Positions 25,001 through 38,955 are shown, numbered from the stretch's first letter. The stretch: 64,000 bases of DNA from the human T2T-CHM13v2.0 reference genome, Homo sapiens (GCF_009914755.1 NC_060942.1); one strand, 5' to 3'. The notes: generated from the letters alone by a model not told the origin. Translations and numbers: made by a program.

Positions 25001-27081
25001 AATTCGTTGGAAGCGGGAATTCATACAAATTGCAGACTGCAGCGTTCTGAGAAACATCTTTGTGATGTTTGTATTCAGGACACAGAGTTGAACATTCCCT
25101 ATCATACAGCAGGTTGGAATCACTCCTTTTGTAGTATCTGGAAGTGGACATTTGGAGCGCTTTCAGGCCTATGTTGAAAAAGGAAATATCTTCCGATAAC
25201 AAGTAGACACAAGCATTCTCAGAAACTTGTTTGTGATGTGTGCCCTCTACTGACAGAGTTGAACCTTTCTTTTCATAGAGCAGTTTCGAAACACTCTTTT
25301 TGTAGAATCTGCAAGAGGATATTTGCATAGCTTTGAGGATTTCGTGGGAAACGGGATTGTCTTCAGGTAAAATCTAGACAGAAGCATTCTCAGAAAATTC
25401 CTCGGGATGTTTGCATTCAAGTCACAGAGTAGAACATTCCCTTTGTTAGAGCAGGTTTGAAACACTCTTTTTGTAGTATCTGGAAGTGGACATTTGGAGC
25501 GCTTTCAGGCCTATGTTGGAAAGGGAAATATCTTCCCGTAACAACTAGGCAGAAGCATTCTCAGAAACTTATTTGAGATGTGTGTACTGAACTAAGAGAA
25601 TTGAACCACGGTTTTGAAGGAGCAGGTTTGAAACACTCTTTTTGTAGTATCTGGAAGTGGACATTTGGAGCGCTTTCAGGCCTATGTTGGAAAGGGAAAT
25701 ATCTTCCCGTAACAACTAGGCAGAAGCATTCTCAGAAACTTATTTGAGATGTGTGTACTCAACTTAAGAGAATTGAACCACCGTTTTGAAGGAGCAGTTT
25801 TGAAACACTCTTTTTCTGGAATCTGCAAGAGGATATTTGCATAGCTTTGAGGATTTCGTTGGAAACGGGATTGTCTTCAGATCAAATCTAGACAGAAGCA
25901 TTCTCAGAAACTTCTTTGGGATGTTTGCATTCAAGTCACAGAGTAGAACATTCCCTTTGGTAGAGCAGGTTTGAAACACTCTTTTTTTAGTATATGGAAG
26001 TGGACATTTGGAGCGCTTTCACGCCTACGTTGGAAAAGGAAATATCTTCCCATAACAACTAGACAGAAGCATTCTCAGAAACTAGTTTCTGATGTGTGTC
26101 CTCAACTAACAGAGTTGAACATTTCTTTAGACAGAACAGTTTTGAAACACTCTCTTTGTGGAATCTGCAAGTGGATATTTGGCTAGATTTGAGCATTTCG
26201 TTGGAAACGGGATTACATATAAAAAGCAGACAGCGGCATTCTCAGAAAGTTCTTTGTGATGATTGCATTCAAGTCACAGAATTGAACATTCCCTTTCACA
26301 GAGCAGGTTTGAAACACTCTTTTTGTAGTGTGTGTAAGCGGACATTTGGAGCGCTTTCCGGCCTAAGGTTAAAAAGGAAATATCTTCCCATAAAAAGTAG
26401 ACAGAAGCATTCTCAGAAACTTACTCGTGATGTGTGTCCTCAACTAAAGGAGTAGAAACTTTCTTTTCATAGAGAAGTTTTGAAACGCTCTTTTTGTGGA
26501 ATCTGCAAGTGGATATTTGGCTAGTTTTGAGGATTTCATTGGAAGCGGGAATTCATACAAATTGCAGACTGCAGCGTTCTGAGAAACATCTTTGTGATGT
26601 TTATATTCAGGACACAGAGTTGAACATTCCCTATCATAGAGCAGGTTTGAATCACTCCTTTTGTAGTACCTGGAAGTGGACATTTGGAGCGCTTTCAGGC
26701 CTATGTTGGAAAAGGAAATATCTTCCCATAACAACTAGACAAAGCATTCTCAGAAACTTATTTGAGATGTGTGTACTCAACTAAGAGAATTGAACCACCG
26801 TTTTGAAGGAGCAGTTTTGAAACACTCTTTTTCTGGAATCTGCAATTGGATATTTGGCTAGCTTTGGGGATTTCGCTGGAAGCGGGAATACATATAAAAA
26901 GCACACAGCAGCGTTCTGAGAAACTTCTTTCTGATGTTCGCATTCAAGTCAAAAGTTGAACACTCCCTTTCATAGAGCAGTCTTGAAACTCCCCTTTTGT
27001 GGTATCTGGAAGTGGACATTTGGAGTGCTTTCAGGGCTAAGGTGAAAAAGGAAATATCTTCCCATAAAAACTGGACAGAAG
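16048..27081 (+). repeat. Five tandem 13-mer HORs, 2207 bp period, near-identical
   Basis: ORF offsets 17268/19475/21682/23889/26096. All five copies share a 1-bp insertion (CTCAACTTAAGAG) and TCACGCCTACG. Confidence 0.93.
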
Positions 27082-30000
27082 CATTCTCAGAAACTTGTTT
27101 ATGCTGTATCTACTCAGCTAACAAAGTTGAACCTTTCTTTTGATAGAGCAGTTTTGAAATGCTCTTTTTGTGGAGTCTGCAAGTGGATATTTGGTTAGTT
27201 TTCAGGAATTCGTTGGAAGCGGGAATTCATACAAATTGCAGACTGCAGCGTTCTGAGAAACATCTTTGTGATGTTTGTATTCAGGACACAGAGTTGAACA
27301 TTCCCTATCATAGAGCAGGTTGAAATCACTCCTTTTGTAGTATCTGGAAGTGGACATTTGGAGCGCTTTCAGGCCTATGTTGAAAAAGGAAATATCTTCC
27401 CATAACAAGTAGACACAAGCATTCTCAGAAACTTGTTTGTGATGTGTGCCCTCTACTGACAGAGTTGAACCTTTCTTTTCATAGAGCAGTTTCGAAACAC
27501 TCTTTTTGTAGAATCTACAAGAGGATATTTGCATAGCTTTGAGGATTTCGTGGGAAACGGGATTGTCTTCAGGTAAAATCTAGACAGAAGCATTCTCAGA
27601 AAATTCTTCGGGATGTTTGCATTCAAGTCACAGAGTAGAACATTCCCTTTGGTAGAGCAGGTTTGAAACACTCTTTTTGTAGTATCTGGAAGTGGACATT
27701 TGCAGCGCTTTCAGGCCTATGATGGAAAGGGAAATATCTTCCCGTAACAACTAGGCAGAAGCATTCTCAGAAACTTATTTGAGATGTGTGTACTGAACTA
27801 AGAGAATTGAACCACGGTTTTGAAGGATCAGGTTTGAAACACTCTTTTTGTAGTATCTGGAAGTGGACATTTGGACCGCTTTCAGGCCTATGTTGGAAAG
27901 GGAAATATCTTCCCATAACAACTAGGCAGAAGCATTCTCAGAAACTTATTTGAGATGTGTGTACTCAACTAAGAGAATTGAACCACCGTTTTGAAGGAGC
28001 AGTTTTGAAACACTCTTTTTCTGGAATCTGCAATTGGATATTTGGCTAGCTTTGGGGATTTCGCTGGAAGCGGGAATACATATAAAAAGCACACAGCAGC
28101 GTTCTGAGAAACTTCTTTCTGATGTTCGCATTCAAGTCAAAAGTTGAACACTCCCTTTCATAGAGCAGTCTTGAAACTCCCCTTTTGTGGTATCTGGAAG
28201 TGGACATTTGGAGTGCTTTCAGGGCTAAGGTGAAAAAGGAAATATCTTCCCATAAAAACTGGACAGAAGCATTCTCAGAAACTTGTTTATGCTGTATCTA
28301 CTCAGCTAACAAAGTTGAACATTTCTTTTGATAGAGCAGTTTTGAAATGCTCTTTTTGTGGAGTCTGCAAGTGGATATTTGGTTAGTTTTGAGGAATTCG
28401 TTGGAAGCGGGAATTCATACAAATTGCAGACTGCAGCGTTCTGAGAAACATCTTTGTGATGTTTGTATTCAGGACACAGAGTTGAACATTCCCTATCATA
28501 GAGCAGGTTGGAATCACTCCTTTTGTAGTATCTGGAAGTGGACATTTGGAGCGCTTTCAGGCCTATGTTGAAAAAGGAAATATCTTCCCATAACAAGTAG
28601 ACACAAGCATTCTCAGAAACTTGTTTGTGATGTGTGCCCTCTACTGACAGAGTTGAACCTTTCTTTTCATAGAGCAGTTTCGAAACACTCTTTTTGTAGA
28701 ATCTGCAAGAGGATATTTGCATAGCTTTGAGGATTTCGTGGGAAACGGGATTGTCTTCAGGGAAAATCTAGACAGAAGCATTCTCAGAAAATTCCTCGGG
28801 ATGTTTGCATTCAAGTCACAGAGTAGAACATTCCCTTTGTTAGAGCAGGTTTGAAACACTCTTTTTGTAGTATCTGGAAGTGGACATTTGGAGCGCTTTC
28901 AGGCCTATGTTGGAAAGGGAAATATCTTCCCGTAACAACTAGGCAGAAGCATTCTCAGAAACTTATTTGAGATGTGTGTACTGAACTAAGAGAATTGAAC
29001 CACGGTTTTGAAGGAGCAGGTTTGAAACACTCTTTTTGTAGTATCTGGAAGTGGACATTTGGAGCGCTTTCAGGCCTACGTTAGGAAAGGAAATATCTTC
29101 CCATTACAACTAGACAGAAGCATTCTCAGAAACTAGTTTCTGATGTGTGTCCTCAACTAACACAGGTGAACATTTCTTTAGACAGAACAGTTTTGAAACA
29201 CTCTTTTTGTGGAATCTGCAAGTGGATATTTGGCTAGATTTGAGGGTTTCGTTGGAAACGGGATTGTCTTCAGATCAAATCTAGACAGAAGCATTCTCAG
29301 AAACTTCTTTGGGATGTTTGCATTCAAGTCACAGAGTAGAACATTCCCTTTGGTAGAGCAGGTTTTAAACACTCTTTTTTTAGTATATGGAAGTGGACAT
29401 TTGGAGCGCTTTCAGGCCTACGTTGGAAAAGGAAATATCTTCCCATAACAACTAGACAGAAGCATTCTCAGAAACTAGTTTCTGATGTGTGTCGTCAACG
29501 AACACAAGTGAACATTTCTTTAGACAGAACAGTTTTGAAACACTCTCTTTGTGGAATCTGCAAGTGGATATTTGGCTAGATTTGAGGATTTCGTTGGAAA
29601 CGGGATTACGTATAAAAAGCAGACAGCAGCATTCTCAGAAACTTCTTTGTGATGATTGCATTCAAGTCACAGAATTGAACATTCCCTTTCACAGAGCAGG
29701 TTTGAAACACTCTTTTTGTAGTGTGTGTAAGTGGACATTTGGAGCGCTTTCCGGCCTAAGGTGAACAAGGAAATATCTTCCCATAAAAACTAGACAGAAG
29801 CATTCTCAGAAACTTACTCGTGATGTGTGTCCTCAACTAAAGGAGTAGAACCTTTCTTTTCATAGAGAAGTTTTGAAACGCTCTTTTTGTGGAATCTGCA
29901 AGTGGATATTTGGCTAGTTTTGAGGATTTCGTTGGAAGCGGGAATTCATACAAATTGCAGACTGCAGCGTTCTGAGAAACATCTTTGTGATGTTTGTATT

Positions 30001-33000
30001 CAGGACACAGAGTTGAACATTCCCTATCATAGAGCAGGTTTGAATCACTCCTTTTGTAGTATCTGGAAGTGGACATTTGGAGCGCTTTCCGGCCTCAGGT
30101 GAAAAAGGAAATATCTTCCCATAAAAACTAGACAGAAGCATTCTCAGAAACTTACTCGTGATGTGTGTCCTCAACTAAAGGGGTAGAACCTTTCTTTTGA
30201 TAGAGCAGTTTTGAAACACTCTTTTTGTAGAATCTGCAAGTGGATATTTCGATAGCTTTGTGGATTTCCTTGGAAACGGGAATATCTTCGTATAAAATCT
30301 AGAGAGAAGTATTATCAGAAACTTCCTTGTGATGGCTGCATTCAAGTCACAGAGTTGAACATTCGCTTTCATAGAGCATGTTTGAAACACTCTTTTTCCA
30401 TTACCTGGAAGTGGACATTTGGAGCGCTTTGAGGCCTATGGTGAAAAAGGAAATATCTTCCCAAAAAAACTAGACAGAAGCATTCTCAGAAACTTATTTG
30501 TGATGTGTGTCCTCAACTGACAGAGTTGAACATTTCTTTTGAGAGAGCAGTTTTGAAACACTCTTTTTGTGGAATCTGCAAGTGGATATTTGGCTGGCTT
30601 TGAGGATTTCGTTGGAAACGGGAATACATATAAAAAGCAGACAGCAGCGTTCTGAGAAACTTCTTGGTGATGTTTGCATTCAAGTCACAGAATTGAACAT
30701 TCCCTTTGATAGAACAGGTTTGAAACACTCCTTTTCTCATATCTGGAAGTGTCCATTTGGAGCGCATTCAGGCTTGTGTTGAAAAAGGAAATATCTTCCC
30801 ATAACAACTAGACAGAAGCATTCTCAGAAACTAGTTTCTGATGTGTGTCCTCAACTAACACAGTTGAACATTTCTTTAGACAGAACAGTTTTGAAACACT
30901 CTTTTTGTGGAATCTGCAAGTAGATATTTGGCTAGATTTGAGCATTTCGTTGGAAACGGGATTACATATAAAAAGCAGACAGCGGCATTCTCAGAAAGTT
31001 CTTTGTGATGATTGCATTCAAGTCACAGAATTGAACATTCCCTTTCACAGAGCAGGTTTGAAAAACTCTTTTTGTACTGTGTGTAAGCGGACATTTGGAG
31101 CGCTTTCCGGCCTAAGGTGAAAAAGGAAATATCTTCCCATAAAAAGTAGACAGAAGCATTCTCAGAAACTTACTCGTGATGTGTGTACTCAACTAAAGGA
31201 GTAGAAACTTTCTTTTCATAGAGAAGTTTTGAAACGCTCTTTTTGTGGAATCTGCAAGTGGATATTTGGCTAGTTTTGAGGCTTTCGTTGGAAGCGGGAA
31301 TTCATACAAATTGCAGACTGCAGCGTTCTGAGAAACATCTTTGTGATGTTTGTATTCAGGACACAGAGTTGAACATTCCCTATCATAGAGCAGGTTTGAA
31401 TCACTCCTTTTGTAGTACCTGGAAGTGGACATTTGGAGCGCTTTCAGGCCTATGTTGGAAAAGGAAATATCTTCCCATAACAACTAGACAGAAGCATTCT
31501 CAGAAACTTATTTGAGATGTGTGTACTCAACTAAGAGAATTGAACCACCGTTTTGAAGGAGCAGTTTTGAAACACTCTTTTTCTGGAATCTGCAAGTGGA
31601 TATTTGGCTAGCTTAGGGGATTTCGCTGGAAGCGGGAATACATATAAAAAGCACACAGCAGCGTTCTGAGAAACTTCTTTCTGATGTTCGCATTCAAGTC
31701 AAAAGTTGAACACTCCCTTTCATAGAGCAGTCTTGAAACTCCCCTTTTGTGGTATCTGGAAGTGGACATTTGGAGTGCTTTCAGGGCTAAGGTGAAAAAG
31801 GAAATATCTTCCCATAAAAACTGGACAGAAGCATTCTCAGAAACTTGTTTATGCTGTAACTACTCAGCTAACAAGTTGAACCTTTCTTTTGATAGAGCAG
31901 TTTTGAAATGCTCTTTTTGTGGAGTCTGCAAGTGGATATTTGGTTACTTTTGAGGATTTCTTTGGAAGCGGGAATTCATACAAATTGCAGACTGCAGCGT
32001 TCTGAGAAACATCTTTGTGATGTTTGTATTCAGGACACAGAGTTGAACATTCCCTATCATAGAGCAGGTTGGAATCACTCCTTTTGTAGTATCTGGAAGT
32101 GGACATTTGGAGCGCTTTCAGGCCTATGTTGAAAAAGGAAATATCTTCCCATAACAAGTAGACACAAGCATTCTCAGAAACTTGTTTGTGATGTGTGCCC
32201 TCTACTGACAGAGTTGAACCTTTCTTTTCATAGAGCAGTTTCGAAACACTCTTTTTGTAGAATCTGCAAGAGGATATTTGCATAGCTTTGAGGATTTCGT
32301 GGGAAACGGGATTGTCTTCAGGTAAAATCTAGACAGAAGCATTCTCAGAAAATTCTTCGGGATGTTTGCATTCAAGTCACAGAGTAGAACATTCCCTTTG
32401 GTAGAGCAGGTTTGAAACACTCTTTTTGTAGTATCTGGAAGTAGACATTTGGAGCGCTTTCAGGCCTATGTTGGAAAGGGAAATATCTTCCCGTAACAAC
32501 TAGGCAGAAGCATTCTCAGAAACTTATTTGAGATGTGTGTACTGAACTAAGAGAATTGAACCACGGTTTTGAAGGAGCAGGTTTGAAACACTCTTTTTGT
32601 AGTATCTGGAAGTGGACATTTGGAGCGCTTTCAGGCCTATGTTGGAAAGGGAAATATCTTCCCGTAACAACTAGGCAGAAGCATTCTCAGAAACTTATTT
32701 GAGATGTGTGTACTCAACTAAGAGAATTGAACCACCGTTTTGAAGGAGCAGTTTTGAAACACTCTTTTTCTGGAATCTGCAATTGGATATTTGGCTAGCT
32801 TTGGGGATTTCGCTGGAAGCGGGAATACATATAAAAAGCACACAGCAGCGTTCTGAGAAACTTCTTTCTGATGTTCGCATTCAAGTCAAAAGTTGAACAC
32901 TCCCTTTCATAGAGCAGTCTTGAAACTCCCCTTTTGTGGTATCTGGAAGTGGACATTTGGAGTGCTTTCAGGGCTAAGGTGAAAAAGGAAATATCTTCCC

Positions 33001-36000
33001 ATAAAAACTGGACAGAAGCATTCTCAGAAACTTGTTTATGCTGTATCTACTCAGCTAACAAAGTTGAACCTTTCTTTTGATAGAGCAGTTTTGAAATGCT
33101 CTTTTTGTGGAGTCTGCAAGTGGATATTTGGTTAGTTTTGAGGAATTCGTTGGAAGCGGGAATTCATACAAATTGCAGACTGCAGCGTTCTGAGAAACTT
33201 CTTTGTGATGTTTGTATTCAGGACACAGAGTTGAACATTCCCTATCATAGAGCAGGTTGGAATCACTCCTTTTGTAGTATCTGGAAGTGGACATTTGGAG
33301 CGCTTTCAGGCCTATGTTGAAAAAGGAAATATCTTCCCATAACAAGTAGACACAAGCATTCTCAGAAACTTGTTTGTGATGTGTGCCCTCTACTGACAGA
33401 GTTGAACCTTTCCTTTCATAGAGCAGTTTCGAAACACTCTTTTTGTAGAATCTGCAAGAGGATATTTGCATAGCTTTGAGGATTTCGTGGGAAACGGGAT
33501 TGTCTTCAGGTAAAATCTAGACAGAAGCATTCTCAGAAAATTCTTCGGGATGTTTGCATTCAAGTCACAGAGTAGAACATTCCCTTTGGTAGAGCAGGTT
33601 TGAAACACTCTTTTTGTAGTATCTGGAAGTGGACATTTGGAGCGCTTTCAGGCCTATGTTGGAAAGGGAAATATCTTCCCGTAACAACTAGGCAGAAGCA
33701 TTCTCAGAAACTTATTTGAGATGTGTGTACTGAACTAAGAGAATTGAACCACCGTTTTGAAGGAGCAGGTTTGAAACACTCTTTTTGTAGTATCTGGAAG
33801 TGGACATTTGGAGCGCTTTCAGGCCTATGTTGGAAAGGGAAATATCTTCCCGTAACAACTAGGCAGAAGCATTCTCAGAAACTTATTTGAGATGTGTGTA
33901 CTCAACTAAGAGAATTGAACCACCGTTTTGAAGGAGCAGTTTTGAAACACTCTTTTTCTGGAATCTGCAAGAGGATATTTGCATAGATTTGAGGGTTTCG
34001 TTGGAAACGGGATTGTCTTCAGATCAAATCTAGACAGAAGCATTCTCAGAAACTTCTTTGGGATGTTTGCATTCAAGTCACAGAGTAGAACATTCCCTTT
34101 GGTAGAGCAGGTTTTAAACACTCTTTTTTTAGTATATGGAAGTGGACATTTGGAGCGCTTTCAGGCCTACGTTGGAAAAGGAAATATCTTCCCATAACAA
34201 CTAGACAGAAGCATTCTCAGAAACTAGTTTCTGATGTGTGTCCTCAACGAACACAAGTGAACATTTCTTTAGACAGAACAGTTTTGAAACACTCTCTTTG
34301 TGGAATCTGCAAGTGGATATTTGGCTAGATTTGAGGATTTCGTTGGAAACGGGATTACGTATAAAAAGCAGACAGCAGCATTCTCAGAAACTTCTTTGTG
34401 ATGATTGCATTCAAGTCACAGAATTGAACATTCCCTTTCACAGAGCAGGTTTGAAACACTCTTTTTGTAGTGTGTGTAAGTGGACATTTGGAGCGCTTTC
34501 CGGCCTAAGGTGAACAAGGAAATATCTTCCCATAAAAACTAGACAGAAGCATTCTCAGAAACTTACTCGTGATGTGTGTCCTCAACTAAAGGAGTAGAAC
34601 CTTTCTTTTCATAGAGAAGTTTTGAAACGCTCTTTTTGTGGAATCTGCAAGTGGATATTTGGCTAGTTTTGAGGATTTCGTTGGAAGCGGGAATTCATAC
34701 AAATTGCAGACTGCAGCGTTCTGAGAAACATCTTTGTGATGTTTGTATTCAGGACACAGAGTTGAACATTCCCTATCATAGAGCAGGTTTGAATCACTCC
34801 TTTTGTAGTATCTGGAAGTGGACATTTGGAGCGCTTTCCGGCCTCAGGTGAAAAAGGAAATATCTTCCCATAAAAACTAGACAGAAGCATTCTCAGAAAC
34901 TTACTCGTGATGTGTGTCCTCAACTAAAGGGGTAGAACCTTTCTTTTGATAGAGCAGTTTTGAAACACTCTTTTTGTAGAATCTGCAAGTGGATATTTCG
35001 ATAGCTTTGTGGATTTCCTTGGAAACGGGAATATCTTCGTATAAAATCTAGAGAGAAGTATTATCAGAAACTTCCTTGTGATGGTTGCATTCAAGTCACA
35101 GAGTTGAACATTCGCTTTCATAGAGCATGTTTGAAACACTCTTTTTCCATTACCTGGAAGTGGACATTTGGAGCGCTTTGAGGCCTATGGTGAAAAAGGA
35201 AATATCTTCCCAAAAAAACTAGACAGAAGCATTCTCAGAAACTTATTTGTGATGTGTGTCCTCAACTGACAGAGTTGAACATTTCTTTTGAGAGAGCAGT
35301 TTTGAAACACTCTTTTTGTGGAATCTGCAAGTGGATATTTGGCTGGCTTTGAGGATTTCGTTGGAAACGGGAATACATATAAAAAGCAGACAGCAGCGTT
35401 CTGAGAAACTTCTTGGTGATGTTTGCATTCAAGTCACAGAATTGAACATTCCCTTTGATAGAACAGGTTTGAAACACTCCTTTTCTCATATCTGGAAGTG
35501 TCCATTTGGAGCGCATTCAGGCTTGTGTTGAAAAAGGAAATATCTTCCCATAACAACTAGACAGAAGCAATCTCAGAAACTAGTTTCTGATGTGTGTCCT
35601 CAACTAACACAGTTGAACATTTCTTTAGACAGAACAGTTTTGAAACACTCTTTTTGTGGAATCTGCAAGTGGATATTTGGCTAGATTTGAGCATTTCGTT
35701 GGAAACGGGATTACATATAAAAAGCAGACAGCGGCATTCTCAGAAAGTTCTTTGTGATGATTGCATTCAAGTCACAGAATTGAACATTCCCTTTCACAGA
35801 GCAGGTTTGAAACACTCTTTTTGTACTGTGTGTAAGCGGACATTTGGAGCGCTTTCCGGCCTAAGGTGAAAAAGGAAATATCTTCCCATAAAAAGTAGAC
35901 AGAAGCATTCTCAGAAACTTACTCGTGATGTGTGTACTCAACTAAAGGAGTAGAAACTTTCTTTTCATAGAGAAGTTTTGAAACGCTCTTTTTGTGGAAT

Positions 36001-38955
36001 CTGCAAGTGGATATTTGGCTAGTTTTGAGGCTTTCGTTGGAAGCGGGAATTCATACAAATTGCAGACTGCAGCGTTCTGAGAAACATCTTTGTGATGTTT
36101 GTATTCAGGACACAGAGTTGAACATTCCCTATCATAGAGCAGGTTTGAATCACTCCTTTTGTAGTACCTGGAAGTGGACATTTGGAGCGCTTTCAGGCCT
36201 ATGTTGGAAAAGGAAATATCTTCCCATAACAACTAGACAGAAGCATTCTCAGAAACTTATTTGAGATGTGTGTACTCAACTAAGAGAATTGAACCACCGT
36301 TTTGAAGGAGCAGTTTTGAAACACTCTTTTTCTGGAATCTGCAAGTGGATATTTGGCTAGCTTAGGGGATTTCGCTGGAAGCGGGAATACATATAAAAAG
36401 CACACAGCAGCGTTCTGAGAAACTTCTTTCTGATGTTCGCATTCAAGTCAAAAGTTGAACACTCCCTTTCATAGAGCAGTCTTGAAACTCCCCTTTTGTG
36501 GTATCTGGAAGTGGACATTTGGAGTGCTTTCAGGGCTAAGTTGAAAAAGGAAATATCTTCCCATAAAAACTGGACAGAAGCATTCTCAGAAACTTGTTTA
36601 TGCTGTAACTACTCAGCTAACAAGTTGAACCTTTCTTTTGATAGAGCAGTTTTGAAATGCTCTTTTTGTGGAGTCTGCAAGTGGATATTTGGTTAGTTTT
36701 GAGGATTTCTTTGGAAGCGGGAATTCATACAAATTGCAGACTGCAGCGTTCTGAGAAACATCTTTGTGATGTTTGTATTCAGGACACAGAGTTGAACATT
36801 CCCTATCATAGAGCAGGTTGGAATCACTCCTTTTGTAGTATCTGGAAGTGGACATTTGGAGCGCTTTCAGGCCTATGTTGAAAAAGGAAATATCTTCCCA
36901 TAACAAGTAGACACAAGCATTCTCAGAAACTTGTTTGTGATGTGTGCCCTCTACTGACAGAGTTGAACCTTTCTTTTCATAGAGCAGTTTCGAAACACTC
37001 TTTTTGTAGAATCTGCAAGAGGATATTTGCATAGCTTTGAGGATTTCGTGGGAAACGGGATTGTCTTCAGGTAAAATCTAGACAGAAGCATTCTCAGAAA
37101 ATTCTTCGGGATGTTTGCATTCAAGTCACAGAGTAGAACATTCCCTTTGGTAGAGCAGGTTTGAAACACTCTTTTTGTAGTATCTGGAAGTGGACATTTG
37201 GAGCGCTTTCAGGCCTATGTTGGAAAGGGAAATATCTTCCCGTAACAACTAGGCAGAAGCATTCTCAGAAACTTATTTGAGATGTGTGTACTGAACTAAG
37301 AGAATTGAACCACGGTTTTGAAGGAGCAGGTTTGAAACACTCTTTTTGTAGTATCTGGAAGTGGACATTTGGAGCGCTTTCAGGCCTATGTTGGAAAGGG
37401 AAATATCTTCCCGTAACAACTAGGCAGAAGTATTCTCAGAAACTTATTTGAGATGTGTGTACTCAACTAAGAGAATTGAACCACCGTTTTGAAGGAGCAG
37501 TTTTGAAACACTCTTTTTCTGGAATCTGCAATTGGATATTTGGCTAGCTTTGGGGATTTCGCTGGAAGCGGGAATACATATAAAAAGCACACAGCAGCGT
37601 TCTGAGAAACTTCTTTCTGATGTTCGCATTCAAGTCAAAAGTTGAACACTCCCTTTCATAGAGCAGTCTTGAAACTCCCCTTTTGTGGTATCTGGAAGTG
37701 GACATTTGGAGTGCTTTCAGGGCTAAGGTGAAAAAGGAAATATCTTCCCATAAAAACTGGACAGAAGCATTCTCAGAAACTTGTTTATGCTGTATCTACT
37801 CAGCTAACAAAGTTGAACCTTTCTTTTGATAGAGCAGTTTTGAAATGCTCTTTTTGTGGAGTCTGCAAGTGGATATTTGGTTAGTTTTGAGGAATTCGTT
37901 GGAAGCGGGAATTCATACAAATTGCAGACTGCAGCGTTCTGAGAAACTTCTTTGTGATGTTTGTATTCAGGACACAGAGTTGAACATTCCCTATCATAGA
38001 GCAGGTTGGAATCACTCCTTTTGTAGTATCTGGAAGTGGACATTTGGAGCGCTTTCAGGCCTATGTTGAAAAAGGAAATATCTTCCCATAACAAGTAGAC
38101 ACAAGCATTCTCAGAAACTTGTTTGTGATGTGTGCCCTCTACTGACAGAGTTGAACCTTTCTTTTCATAGAGCAGTTTCGAAACACTCTTTTTGTAGAAT
38201 CTGCAAGAGGATATTTGCATAGCTTTGAGGATTTCGTGGGAAACGGGATTGTCTTCAGGTAAAATCTAGACAGAAGCATTCTCAGAAAATTCTTCGGGAT
38301 GTTTGCATTCAAGTCACAGAGTAGAACATTCCCTTTGGTAGAGCAGGTTTGAAACACTCTTTTTGTAGTATCTGGAAGTGGACATTTGGAGCGCTTTCAG
38401 GCCTATGTTGGAAAGGGAAATATCTTCCCGTAACAACTAGGCAGAAGCATTCTCAGAAACTTATTTGAGATGTGTGTACTGAACTAAGAGAATTGAACCA
38501 CCGTTTTGAAGGAGCAGGTTTGAAACACTCTTTTTGTAGTATCTGGAAGTGGACATTTGGAGCGCTTTCAGGCCTATGTTGGAAAGGGAAATATCTTCCC
38601 GTAACAACTAGGCAGAAGCATTCTCAGAAACTTATTTGAGATGTGTGTACTCAACTAAGAGAATTGAACCACCGTTTTGAAGGAGCAGTTTTGAAACACT
38701 CTTTTTCTGGAATCTGCAATTGGATATTTGGCTAGCTTTGGGGATTTCGCTGGAAGCGGGAATACATATAAAAAGCACACAGCAGCGTTCTGAGAAACTT
38801 CTTTCTGATGTTCGCATTCAAGTCAAAAGTTGAACACTCCCTTTCATAGAGCAGTCTTGAAACTCCCCTTTTGTGGTATCTGGAAGTGGACATTTGGAGT
38901 GCTTTCAGGGCTAAGGTGAAAAAGGAAATATCTTCCCATAAAAACTGGACAGAAG
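27082..38955 (+). repeat. 7,21,7,21,7,7-mer series including a 4749-bp tandem duplication
   Basis: Monomer a at 27082, 28270, 31832, 33019, 36581, 37768 and 38956; ORF offsets 29489->34238, 31243->35992 and 33055->37804. Confidence 0.9.
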
